A stretch of DNA of 64,000 bases, the filler included. It is 12 parts of 12 records of this genome, joined end to end, with 100 filler letters (N's around TTAATTAATTAA, not from the genome) between each part and the next. Parts side by side here need not be neighbours in the genome. Positions count along the whole stretch, not along the records: positions 1 to 6,208 come from SRR7504441_6593; positions 6,309 to 9,704 come from SRR7504441_6598; positions 9,805 to 13,990 come from SRR7504441_6606; 9 more parts are not named here. One strand, 5' to 3'. A model generated the notes under the pieces. It was not told the DNA's origin. It saw only the letters and a program-made list of their open reading frames with translations, and made no database searches. Below, piece after piece: positions 1 to 11,357 of this stretch; position 1 is the first letter of the stretch; every line of letters begins with the position of its first letter. A program made the position numbers and the translations under genes.

Positions 1-439
1 AAGAAAGACAGCAGCGAGCTGGGGCTGATGGTTAGACCCAATCGACACGGCCCAGCGGTCAGCCGCGACAGCGATCTCGGCCTGCTGGTAGCAGCTGCAT
101 AGCTGCTGCTCCTGCCAGCCACAGGGGGGACCGACCGAGCGCGGCCGGCACAGCACAGGCGCCGGAGTAGGCACGATGCCCCACCCGGGCCGGGGCCGGA
201 AGGCGATCTTGCGCTGCAGCTCGGTGGTGAAGTGGAAGCCTATCTTGTGCCGCCTCCGGCCACGGCTGAGCGGTGTCTCAGCCAGACCGGACTTAGCCAT
301 AGAGTTCTGCTTGCTGAGCACACTGACAGTGTGCCCCCGCCGGTCGATCAGGTGCCCGTACCTGTCGCCCCGCCATCCGCCCGCCGGGCTGCGCTCCATG
401 CTGCAAGGGGGATCTGATGAAACGGATTCTAACGGATCA

Positions 440-3366
440 ATGCGGGGGGCAGAGGCAGCTGTGCTGCTGACCGGGCTCTCCATGCTGGCGGCCGGGAGCC
501 CGTTCAACCTGTGCCCGGACTACTCGCGCGACTACTGCGACCCGTCCCTCTCGCTTGGCCGCCGGATCGAGCTGGTGATGGCGCACATGAGCCCACAGGA
601 CAAGATGGACACCATGGCCGAGCGGTCGGTCAGCGGGAGCTACAACGGCACCCCGCTGGTGGCCCGCGGGGTGAGCTGGTGGAACGAGGCACTCCACGGG
701 GTCTGCCGCGACTGCCTCACCACCACCCGGCACGGCCGGCCGGTGAGCACCTGCTACACGCAATTCCCGGAGGCGAACGCGATGTCCGCTGCGTTCAACG
801 GCAGCCTCTGGCACCTGGTCGGGGACGCGATCAGCACCGAGGCCCGGGCGGCGTTCAACAAGGGCGGGCTCAATGGGCTGACCTTCTTCTCCCCCCAGAT
901 CAACCTAGCCGCCAACCCGCTCTGGGGGCGCAACATGGAGACGCCTGGGGAAGACCCGCACCTGAGCTCGGTGTATGCGTACGAGTACATAACAGGGTTC
1001 CAATTCGGGCGCGGGAACCGGAATGCGTCGGCTAGTAACGGAACCTGGAAGGCGGTCAGCACGCCGAAGCATTTCACGGGCCAGATGTTCGAGGGTGACG
1101 GGTCGGACCCTTGGCGGAACGGCACCACGGTCAACAGACAGTCCAACGACACGCGATACCCGCTGCACGACCTGGAGGCTTATTACTTGCCGCCGTTTCG
1201 GGCGGCCATGGTGGATGCGTCGGCCGGGTCGGTTATGTGTGCGTATCAAGGTGTGAATGGAGTGCCGATGTGTGCCAACGGATTCCTGCTAAACAGAGTG
1301 GTGCGCGACTGGTGGAAGTGGGAGGGGTTTGTGGTGTCGGACTGCGACGCGATCAAGACGATGATGGTGCGCGGCGAGCCGGGGGGCAATCCGAGCTTCG
1401 GGCATGCGTATAGCTTGAACGGGCCAATGGCGGTTCAGGACGGGGTCCGGGCGGGATGTGAGCTTGTATACTGACTGTATTGTGTGTGTACTATGCAGTG
1501 CTAAGCTGTGATGTACTAACACTATGTGCCGCAGGTGACTCCAACTGCGGGGACCCGTACGGCAACTCTGGAGCCGACGCGATTGCCCAAGGACTAGTGG
1601 TTGAAGAGCATTTAGACGCCTCAGTCCGGCGGCTGCTGCGCCCAATGTTCTTGCTAGGCCTCTTCGATCCCCCGACACACCAGCCGCCGTTCGCCTTCAA
1701 CACAATGGACGATGTCGGGACCGCGGAGCATCAGCAATTGGCCCTGGAAGCTGCCCGCCAGTCTCTGGTGCTGCTCCAGAATCCAAATGGCCTGCTCCCC
1801 CTCGCACTCGGGCGAAGGTACCTGGTTGCGGGGCCGCACGCCGATGCAACCGACTACTTGCTGGGAAACTATAACGGAAAATCCGCCCCGATCACGCCGG
1901 TGAATCAGGCGATCAGCGCCATCAACGCTGCAGGCAACACAAGCACTATCCGCGGGGTGGTAGATGCCTGCACTGACAACACGACCCTGATCAACCAGGT
2001 CACAGCGGCGGCGGCACAGTTCGATGCTGTGATTCTGGTGCTCGGAGGCGGCTGCCACGAGGGCGAGGGCACCGACCGCGACTTCCTTCACTTGCCTGGC
2101 TCTCAGCTGCCGCTGTTCCAGGCCGTGGCCAACATACCCAGTGTCAAGCTGGTGGTGGTCGTGATCAAAGGCGGCCCCATATCTCTGGATGAGATCAAAG
2201 CCAGCAACGCTGCAGTGCTCGACGTCGGCTTCCCGGGGCAGGCCGGTAGCCAGGCGATAGCGGAGACAATCTTCGGGCTGAACAACCCGTCCGGCAAGCT
2301 GACATCCACCATCTACCCGGGTAGCTACGTCAACGGCGAGCCGCTGGCCGGCCAGATGCCCTGGATGGACAGCCAGGTGCGGCCGCACAGCGGATTCCCG
2401 GGGATGCAGGGCGCAACCGAAGGCCGAACGCACATGTGGTACACCGGCACTCCGCTCTTTCCGTTTGGCTGGGGGTTGTCTTACTCGACTTTTGAGATCG
2501 AATGGGCCTCGGGCCAGCCGGCTGCTCGCAAGATCGAACTGGAGGACGTGGTGAGCCAGCTGCATGCGACCAGCTTCGAGGTGCTGGTCCGTAATACTGG
2601 GGCTGTGCCCGGGAAGGAGACGGTCATGGCGTACTGGATACCGCCCGAGTCTGTCGACCCTCTGCTCAAGCGACAGCTCGTTGGGTTTGATGGGCTCGAG
2701 CTCGCGCCCGGAGAGAGTGGGGTAATCACTCTGCAGCTGCCCAAGGCCGTCGAGCTGGCCACCGTGTTGGATACCGGCGACAGAGTGTTCCATCCGGCCA
2801 AGTACACTGTGATCCTCTCTCGGGGCCATGGGCCGGTGCTGCGGGCTGCGGTGGAGGTTGTGTGTGCGAATTGCTCAGGCCCGAAGCTTCTCTCGAAGTT
2901 TCCATCGCAGTGGGTGCCTGGGCACGAGGTCACAGTCGATGCGTGCATAGAGGGCACCACCGATGTGATTCCACACACCGAGCAATTCCTCGTCGACTAT
3001 AAGCTTTTCGATCTATCGGCCAATGGCACGATTGTGCACAGAGCCTCTGGCATGTGCCTGACGCACGACACGCGTTCGGAGAATGTGTATTTGAATCCGT
3101 GTGTGAAGCAGAGCCTAGGTCAGAGCTGGGGTCGTCAGAATTCGGGGTTGGTGCCTAAATCGAGTCCAGGTGGATGTCTTGTCACTGCTGCGACAACGGT
3201 GGAGCAACTGCGGACTAACGTGACCGTCCAAACACCTTGCCCACGCACCGCCGCATCCTCTTGGGCCGTGTCTGGTTCATCCGGGTTTGTTCAATCCTTG
3301 ATTGAGGGCACGCCCGCTCTTTGCCTGGCTGCAAGATCAGGTGGCATCTTCAACACGGCTTCATGA
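440..3366 (+). CDS. Secreted GH3 beta-xylosidase/beta-glucosidase with Fn3-like and C-terminal ricin-B-like domain; one intron 1458-1534
   Basis: Motifs WWNEALHGV, PLWGRNMETPGEDP, KHF, GFVVSDCDA, EGEGTDR, PLFPFGWGLSY; hydrophobic N-terminus. Removing a 77-nt GT-AG intron (CTAAC branch) gives RAGC-DSNCG. Confidence 0.9.
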
Positions 3367-3712
3367 CACAAATCGCCCAGTGGACGTGACTCATCGGCAC
3401 TTCAAGACAGTTCGATTGCGTTTTGTTACAAATGATTCTATTCTCGTGTCTGTAGTATACGTTCTTTATGTATCAGGACTGTGGCAGTGCGCGGCTAGTC
3501 TAACATTAGTTGTAGTGTCTTATCTGGACCTGCTTCAGCCTTGATCCCGTGTGATCCATCCCATCTGTTTAGAGTTCACACGTTGCTTTAGCAAGTTTAA
3601 GAAAGTGTACAAAAAGAGGGAAGGGAAACCCTCAAATCAAGAAATTGATTAGTGTGATCATCGTGTGGTGAAATTAAACATTCATTAACATAACTTATAC
3701 AAGTACTATCTA

Positions 3713-4344
3713 CTAGAGTATGTCAGGCAGGAGGCCCCGGACATCCGGATACGACCCAAGGTCAACCGCAGTCCATGGGATGGCGGCCTCGCGGAACGCG
3801 AGCACATGACGCAGAAAGGGCGCAAGCGTCTCATTATATGCTTTTAGGTCCTCGGCAAACACCCGCTGGGCAGCCTCTGCCAGATGCTCAAGCACCGACT
3901 CTGGGAATTTCATTAAAGTTACATTGCGTGATTTGATCAGCTGCAGCCCTTTCATGTGCATGCTCTCCCACTCTGACCAGCTCTGCGTGGCGACCCTACG
4001 ATGGCATCATATTCGCCAGCGCGAGCCCCAGTGTACAGCTCTTCAAAGCCGGCCGAGTGGCCCGCGCCTGCGAAGCGCAGTTCGAGCTGCACCTCCTGGG
4101 AGGCCAGGTTGAACTGCGCCGCAAACGCCTTGGTCTGCCGACCAAGCAGGCCGTTGCCGTCAAAGCCCACCAACACCGCCACCCGCTGTCGGGGCAGGGC
4201 TGAGAGCGGCACTTGCCGGTCTCGCGGCCCGCCGCAGCAGCTCTGGTTCTTATAGAGGCTCTTGAGTGAGCCGCACGAGACAGTCTGGCCTTGCGCTTGC
4301 ACAAGAACAGCCAGCCAAACCAGGGCCGACAAAAGCTTAGCCAT
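3713..4344 (-). CDS. Secreted DctP/TakP-like TRAP solute-binding protein, internally deleted and frameshifted near 3989
   Basis: Signal peptide; N-part TKAFAAQFNLASQEVQLELRFAGAG...ARAGEYDAIVGS and C-part GLQLIKSRNVTLMKFPESVLEHLAEAAQRVF resemble the two ends of TRAP SBPs; the middle is missing. Confidence 0.55.
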
Positions 4345-4434
4345 GTTTGGGGGTCGCCTGTCTGCCTGTCCGTTACTGTATAATAAAAATAAAATTACGT
4401 CACGGCCGCAACACCGGCCGCACCCGACACCGGC

Positions 4435-5185
4435 ATGGGGCTCTGTGAGACAAAGGAGGCGCTTGAGGGCGGGGTGACCAACCTGACCATGGTGTACCAC
4501 GAGGGATTTCTCGGAAGGAGCAACGCAGCTGCCCGGATGCTGGCCGAGAAGGGCATCAAGTACGAGTGGACTATGAAGGGCAGTGAGACGATGGGCAACA
4601 AGGGCGGGAATGCCGACTGCTTCGCCGTCCCGATGAGTAAGCAGCCCTGCCCGGCCCGTCTGACCGCGTGCAGTCATCCATCGGGAGGTCCGGCTGTCCC
4701 AGACGATCGCGATCAACTCGTACGTTGGCCAGCTGCTCGGACTGGACGCCGGGGTGGACGAGCACAAGGCAATGCAGTACCAGCTCGACATGGAGGATGT
4801 CTGGACTGAGTACGGCAAGGCACACGCCGCGGGCGCCGCCGAGCTCAAGTCTTTCCTACAAGGCGAGCCGACCGAGGGCGACCGGGTCAGTGGCCGGTTT
4901 GGTCTGTGGATGGCCACCGTGGAGCGGTCGATCACGGGACCGTACTACTTTGGCAAGCAAGCCAGCTACGTGGATTACGCCACAGCCGCAATGCTCGACT
5001 TGCTATACGGCCGGAGTTTGACAAAGCTGCAGGACAAAACTGGTGATCTGCTCGCCAAATTCCCGAAAGTGAAGGCAGTATATGAAGCGATCACTGGGCT
5101 CGAGTCGGCTGCCGAACTGCCGTTTGGCGGGGCTGGACTGCCCGACGGGTATATTATCACCGACGAGATGCTGGCGCAATATTAA
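4435..5185 (+). CDS. Glutathione S-transferase; intron 4637-4673
   Basis: YHEGFLGRS, FAVPM-IIHREVRLSQTIAINSYVG after splicing a 37-nt GTAAG..CTGAC..CAG intron; YYFGKQASYVD. Confidence 0.85.
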
Positions 5186-5695
5186 GCCCAAATGGCCGTC
5201 CGAGCACACTTACAAAGCCATACGTGACAAAGTTCGAAGAATACAAACTGACACACAAGAGAGAGCAAAATATCTACAAAATGTCAGTACTTTATCATAG
5301 GTAGTTACTGTAGGTATTAATTACATTAAATATCCGTATTTTGGGACCGTATTTTATCTTTAATTTAAAGAAATTCTTTGCCGTGACTGCAAGAGGCGCA
5401 CTCTGCCATTGAAGGCTAGTAGAGCTCTGCTGAGTGCTTCCCTAGTGGCAGACTTCAAATGAGCGGGGGTATCGTAGGTCGGTGGGACGGGGAGTCGGAC
5501 CCGCCGTGGGCTGTGTCTCCTCTGAAGGTCGTCCCCAAGGGTGCGCGCACCTCAGCGGCTGAACCCGCCGGTTCATTCGGCGCCTCGCTTCATTTACATG
5601 TAATCAACCTCCCGAGGGAGCTAATAGGGAGGTAATGATTATGATGGGTTCGAAGGCTGCTTCGATTGAGCTTGTGGACCAAGTCTAACTCATTT

Positions 5696-6208
5696 TCATT
5701 TAATTTGGGCGCTTCTCGTAGACTCCTTGTCTTGAGCGAGCCTAGACTTGACCGCACTGTCGCCACCAAACGCCCGCTCCATCAATTGTTGCACTGTCGA
5801 GTTGCTTAGCATTCCGTGCAAGAAGTCATCCTTTGATATTGGCCGCTCGTCTTTTGAGCCTAGCTCCTCAAAAATAGTGTTGACAGCCTGCTTGAGAGCA
5901 CCGGGCTGCTCAAAGCAGCCACAGCACTCGAACATTTCAGCGAATTCATCCCGGTTCAAGAAACCATCGCCATTCTTGTCCACTGCTGTAAAGTAGATAT
6001 CGACCTTGGCAGACAGGGAGGATCCAAGCGCTGCAGTGAGCCCCAGCACAAGCTCGTGCAAGCCAACTCTGCCTGACCCGTCTTGATCAAAAGCCTTGAA
6101 GATTCTGTCATTGGCGTACACGTCAACCGTGCCCACCGACTTCATGACGACCCCAAATTGGTTCATATCTGCCTCACCGTCCGGATCGACCAAATAACTC
6201 TGAAATAG
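5696..6208 (-). CDS. EF-hand calcium sensor (calcineurin-B/NCS-like), 5' truncated by spacer
   Basis: EF loops DQDGSGRVGLHE and DKNGDGFLNRDE. Confidence 0.8.
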   Translation of the reverse strand, partial: LFQSYLVDPDGEADMNQFGVVMKSVGTVDVYANDRIFKAFDQDGSGRVGLHELVLGLTAALGSSLSAKVDIYFTAVDKNGDGFLNRDEFAEMFECCGCFEQPGALKQAVNTIFEELGSKDERPISKDDFLHGMLSNSTVQQLMERAFGGDSAVKSRLAQDKESTRSAQIK

Positions 6209-6308
6209 NNNNNNNNNNNNNNNNNNNNNNNNNNNNNNNNNNNNNNNNNNNNTTAATTAATTAANNNNNNNNNNNNNNNNNNNNNNNNNNNNNNNNNNNN
6301 NNNNNNNN
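6209..6308. other. Artificial contig spacer N44-TTAATTAATTAA-N44 (also 9705-9804, 13991-14090, 21707-21806, 25026-25125, 31503-31602, 37962-38061, 41253-41352, 49865-49964, 53641-53740, 60896-60995)
   Basis: Identical 100-nt blocks with a six-frame stop linker. Confidence 0.99.
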
Positions 6309-6379
6309 AAGCAGTCAGCTAAACCTGTTCGCGCTCATCAGGCTACCCCCAGTGGTCAGGTTAGGGTCAAGCTGCCTTA

Positions 6380-9300
6380 TCATACCCAATGGTCCGACTG
6401 CGGGTTCAGCGTCTTCAGCTCAATCGAGGGGCTCGTTGGGCAAGGGCTAAACTCGGGTTCTGCCGTGCGGGTGTAATGCGAACTCCTGCAGTAGTTCCCT
6501 ACAATGCACCAGATGCAGCAGTAGACCAAGCATCCCAAGGCGATCAGCGCCAGCACATACAGGCCTCGATATTCTCTACCCAAGAACATCAAAGCCATCA
6601 TGATGATAAAAGTCGGCAGGCCAAAGACGCAGCATGACTTGCACGACGCTCTCCAAAATAGCATATCCAAGTACAGATTCCTCTTGACTCCAGAATCGAC
6701 TTCAACGCCGTCTACAACCAACAGGCACGGCCTAGCTCGCTCAGAGCCCTGAATCTCGTTGTATGTGACGATTTCGCAATGCCGCCCATGTGCCAGAAAC
6801 TCGTTCCGTGACTCCGTGCAACAGAAACAGCTCGAGCATCCACAGCAGCTTATGCAGCCACAGCATGCGTCACGACACCCAGGCCCAACACTTCCAGACA
6901 ACAGGAGCTGCTCGTCATTGCTGTTCAGCGCATTGACAGGCTCGCCATTCACAGTCACGATGCCAGGATTGGATTTACAGCAAATGCAAGCACCGTGCTC
7001 AAAAGTCACAGCCACCTGGATTGGATTGCCTTTGTGATCTGTCAGAACCCATCTGTACTGCTGGATTGGACAGCAACCGCAGATCGAGGACACCGATGGC
7101 CAAAAGTGTTTGAGAGTATTACTAAGACTCGAAGCGTTGATATCCGAATGTTGCTCTTCGGCCTGATCAGCTGCAAATTTGTTGAACACCTGTTCTAATG
7201 TGGTCTGGCTGATACTGAAGCTTACAATGCCCAGGTCCGTCTGAGATTGCTCAATTTGCTCAAAGAGCGACGCCAGTTCCAGATTCTCCTTCTGCTGGTA
7301 TGAGTAGTGGCCATCTTGGGCTTCAAGTAGCACCGCCTGGGGCATCTGTGTCTCGAACCACTTTTCCAAGTCTGAGGCCTTCTCCTGCCCACTCTCTATA
7401 CTCACTTCGATGGTGTAGCCCTGTCCGTACTTTTCCTTCAGATGCTGCTTGTTACCAAGGCATTTGAACCGGCCGTTCACCATGATCCCTATACGATGGG
7501 AAAGCGCCTCGGCTTCCTCCATCGAATGCGTCGTAAGAATCACTGAGCGGCCTTGCATGGTTGAAGATATCACTCTCCACATGAACCGCCTTGCCTCTGG
7601 ATCCATGCCCGTGCTTGGTTCGTCCAGGAAGACAAGCCGGGGACTTCCAATCAAGGCAATAGCGACAGATAGCTTTCTCTTGTTGCCGCCACTGTAGCCA
7701 CCAGCTTTTCGGTCAGCCGCGTCACCCAGCCCCATCACATCAAGCAGGTAGGCAATGGCAGCATCCTGCTCGGAAGGCACCCCTTTAAGCCGCGCATACA
7801 GCTCAAGGTGCTCACGGCCAGTGAGGTGCTCAAACAGGGCATCAAACTGCGGGCAGTAGCCGATCTGGCGGTTGATCTCATCCCGGTTATGAAACATGTC
7901 CAATCCGCACAGCGTTGCACCTCCACTCGTTGGAAGGAACTCGCCTGTCAAGATTGCCAGGGAGGAGGTCTTGCCGGCACCATTGATTCCGAGGAAGCCG
8001 AATACCTCACTATCAGGCACATGAAAGCTCAGATCTTTCACAGCGACAGTCGGTCGAACCTTGTTAAATGGCCAGTACAGCTTCCTCAGGTGGCGAACAA
8101 TGATTGGACATGATGCTGGATCGATGCTGTTGTTGTCGATCAGGGCTGCTTCATCTGTCACGTCAGAATCCATATCGGGTGGAGCGGCTTCAACTTCGCC
8201 ATGTCCTCTCGGGCCACTCTTGTTGGTGCTCAAATACTGGGCGAAAATAACCATCACTGAGAAGAAAACTACCTCCCAGCCCATGAAGATGAGCTTGGCA
8301 CCAGCTACATCATAATGCCACGGGTCTGCGTTAGACCCTTGAGACCAGTAATCCTCCCAGAGTTTGTAAAGTCCCATTGCAAAGCAGTACTGCGGGAATA
8401 GCATGAAGAAGTACTGGAGCTTATCATTCACTTTCTGGGTGTTTTCACCCAACCGGTCCAAGATGAAGGATGTAAAAAAGAACACAAACCCAAAGGCAGC
8501 ATAGAGAGCAATGCTCCAGAGAAGCGCCTTGTTCTGATCTGAGAAAACAAACGAGAAGAGGTAGGTTTGGGGTATCGCACTCAAGCCATACAAGAGGCAA
8601 ATTGTAAGGACACAAGGGAATGACTCGCGCTTATAAAATGCCTCAATATCAAAAGCCAGGAATAAAATGATGATACAGCATGTCGAAACCAGATAGCAGA
8701 GGAAGTCCAACACAAACATCGAAAACCAGTATGCGATGGGCTGAATGCCCGAGATCAACTGAAGGTGCTTTGCCTTGGTCACATCTTCCACGACCACAGA
8801 ATAGATGAATACAGCTGGAACAATTGAAAACCCGAGAATGAGGAAATATATCAGAGTGACTCCATTTGCTCGTTCGGCGTCGGCTTTTTCGTCGTTGGTC
8901 TCAGAGAGAGGTTGGATTTGGACTTGAATGTACGAGGCAGTTGACGCCATGCGATCTTGAAGCACAATTTGGTTCGCCATATTTGCGTAGGTGGGCCATG
9001 AGTGGTACGCAGTTCCGTTACCAAAGATCAGATATTGATTGGCTGTAGCACTAATAGTGTTCATGACAAGAGCCCCGTATCTTGATTGCTTGTATGTGTT
9101 CACAGTATTCTGTAAATAGTTGTCCACACCACTGATGTCTGTATTTGCGCAGTCGCCAGTATAAAATGGCGTTGCTGTACTGGGATTGCTCACCGGTAAT
9201 TGAGTAGTGCCAAAGGTTGACATCCCCTGCACATAGACTATTCTCAAGTCATCTGGCCGTCGTCGAAACCCCATATGATCTTCAATTTCGCTGTTGTATG

Positions 9301-9704
9301 AGGCACACGTGAACTGCCCGGTAGCTTGGCCAGACGCGACGACCGAGACAGGTACAACAGTGGTACTAGAACCGCTAATGGTCGTCCAGGCCGCAGCCGA
9401 TGTCGGAACAGCAGCCCCAGTGTATGGCAAGTACAAAGGACTGTTGTATTGCCCAGCATTCAAGGAGAAACCACTGACGTCGTCGAAATACCCGTAGAGC
9501 ACAGCAAGTACAGCAACCAAGACGAAGAGCACAGGCACAACCACGATCAGTACCCAATTGACAGCATCACGCACGATGCAGTAGTACCGCTTTCGGACCA
9601 AGATTTTAGTATGGGAGCAAAATCTCTCACATGTACCCATGGGCTCCCTGCTGCCTAGTTTGGACGCCCTGTCATGCACCGCAGGGATCGGCTCGAGCGC
9701 CGGC
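6380..9704 (-). CDS. ABC transporter subfamily A, C-terminal half (5' truncated), with a Cys-rich/TM tail
   Basis: KAKHLQLISG, Walker A GINGAGKT, GYCPQFDAL, YSGGNKRKLS, FLDEPSTGMDP, QTTLEQVF. Confidence 0.92.
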
Positions 9705-10177
9705 NNNNNNNNNNNNNNNNNNNNNNNNNNNNNNNNNNNNNNNNNNNNTTAATTAATTAANNNNNNNNNNNNNNNNNNNNNNNNNNNNNNNNNNNNNNNN
9801 NNNNCTGCTCTAATGGCAAACTCGAAGTCTAGGGCTGATAACGAATGCTATGATGATAAGCGGTCCTCTTTTGCTGGGGCTGAGGTGCACTGGATGAATT
9901 CATTCAGCAACTAGCACAACAGTAATAAGCGTTGTACGCACATAATTGGAGGCCTATGTACGTACGTAGTACGCACGCATTGATGAAGTTCTTTCCATAT
10001 GTATTCTGTAGCGTTCGGTATCAATAACGTGCACTCTCAATAAATTTTGTATATGATATTACTCGTATGTATATTTGTCAATAAATCTGTAGCCGGATGG
10101 CATTTAAGTTTCCCCGTCTATCGTACATGTAGCTACTAAATATTATCTACCGTATAAAACTGAGATAGTTCGGTGCG

Positions 10178-11276
10178 TCAGTCGGCTAAGTAGCTTGTGG
10201 CAAAGAGCACCTGGTTCTTGCCTCCTATCGGCAAGCTGGCCCGTTGGATCGCTGGATCCTTGCTCTGGAGGTAGGCTAGCAGCTGATCATAAGTCGTCAC
10301 CACCTCGCCTTCCGGTGTCCGCCGATGTGGAAATTGCCGCGCAAACACACAACACGGCACCACAGCAAACGGCTTGCGGTGCCTGACTGCGAAATCCACC
10401 GCAGCGTCAGTAGCCTCGTCAGGATGCATCGCCACAACTGCAGACGCCTCACTCGCCAGAGGAGCGGTCGCCGGATCCTCCCACGAATTCTCTCCGAAAT
10501 ACGCCCGCACCCTCCCCGGACGCGCCCGGCCGGCTCTCCTGAGCTCCTTCCGCTGCCTTCTGGAGAGCGCGCCCGCGTGCTCCCTGGGATCGATCACGGT
10601 GGCGCACACTCCGGAGGCCCCAAGAACCATCGAGATCTCGCCCTTGCCCCCGGCCACATCCAGCACCCCCGAGCCGGCCTGCAGCCTCGCCAGCCCAAAC
10701 CGCTCGACCAGCCAACCGCAGAACTCCCTCGCACGCTCGCTGGCGCTCCCGCCCGCCGGGTGCTCGCTCTCGCCTGCCGACGGCTCTACCGCCCCGCGCA
10801 CCCGCCCCGCCCGCCGGGCCGCGGTTGGGAGCTGCCGGAGCTGTCGCACGCAGCCGGCCAGCCAGTCGGTCCGGCGGGGGGCGGCCTGCGGGGCCGGTGC
10901 CGGTGCGGCCTGGAGCTGCACGCCGGTATTGCCGCCGGTGCGGTAGCTGAGAAACTCCAAGCTGTCCACGTGCAGCACCGGATCCCTCCCGGGCTCGCGC
11001 TCAATGGTGCTGCCCCTGACCAACACTTCGTCCCCGCGTTTCAGGTCGCGCTTGAGCCGCTTGACCTCCGGCCCAGTCAGCCCGTCTGCCGGGCCGGGGT
11101 GAGTGGGAGCCGAGCGGCGGGGCACCCGGGAGTGGCCGGAAGGCGAGCTTGAGCAGAGGCCGAATGGCCAGCGAGCTATCGGAGAGCCGCAGGTCGGCGA
11201 AGAATAGATACGCCCCGACGCACCGCTTGCCCTCCATTTGGCCGCGGTGCTCGAAGCAGCCCTGCTCGTGCTGCAT
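10178..11276 (-). CDS. OB-fold plus class I SAM-methyltransferase-like protein; intron 11086-11125
   Basis: VLDVAGGKGE and MHPDEATD..PFAVVPCCVF; N-terminal KRCVGAYLFFADL joined by a 40-nt GT-AG intron. Confidence 0.7.
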
Positions 11277-11296
11277 CGTTCCTGTGATGACTTTCG

Positions 11297-11313
11297 CCGT
11301 TATTCGGCCGTTA
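11297..11313. promoter_or_regulatory. Tandem CCGTTA (TAACGG) motif in an 81-bp bidirectional promoter; representative of a window-wide motif
   Basis: GCCGTTATTCGGCCGTTATT between divergent starts 11276 and 11358; the same motif recurs in other divergent promoters. Confidence 0.7.
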
Positions 11314-11357
11314 TTTTCATTTTCGTTCGCGCGGTGCCCTCTCGTGCTTCGCGTGAC

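Noticed and set aside
1-400. Possible minus-strand intron-containing gene divergent from GH3
   Set aside because: Plausible from the promoter motif, but no reliable exon structure or product could be derived.
1654-2829. Many long antisense or alternate-frame ORFs (here, 11001-12188, 39558-40562 and others)
   Set aside because: Shadows of GC-rich genes with no recognisable motifs.
5398-5462. SECIS element on the minus strand behind the TGA-ending EF-hand gene
   Set aside because: A UGAA and stem are present, but the 3' NGAN of the quartet is not in register and there is no selenoprotein motif.
6209-6308. Recurring TTAATTAATTAA as a biological repeat or CRISPR
   Set aside because: Always centred in N runs totalling 100 nt; an artificial linker. 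Adjacency across spacers is not evidence of linkage.
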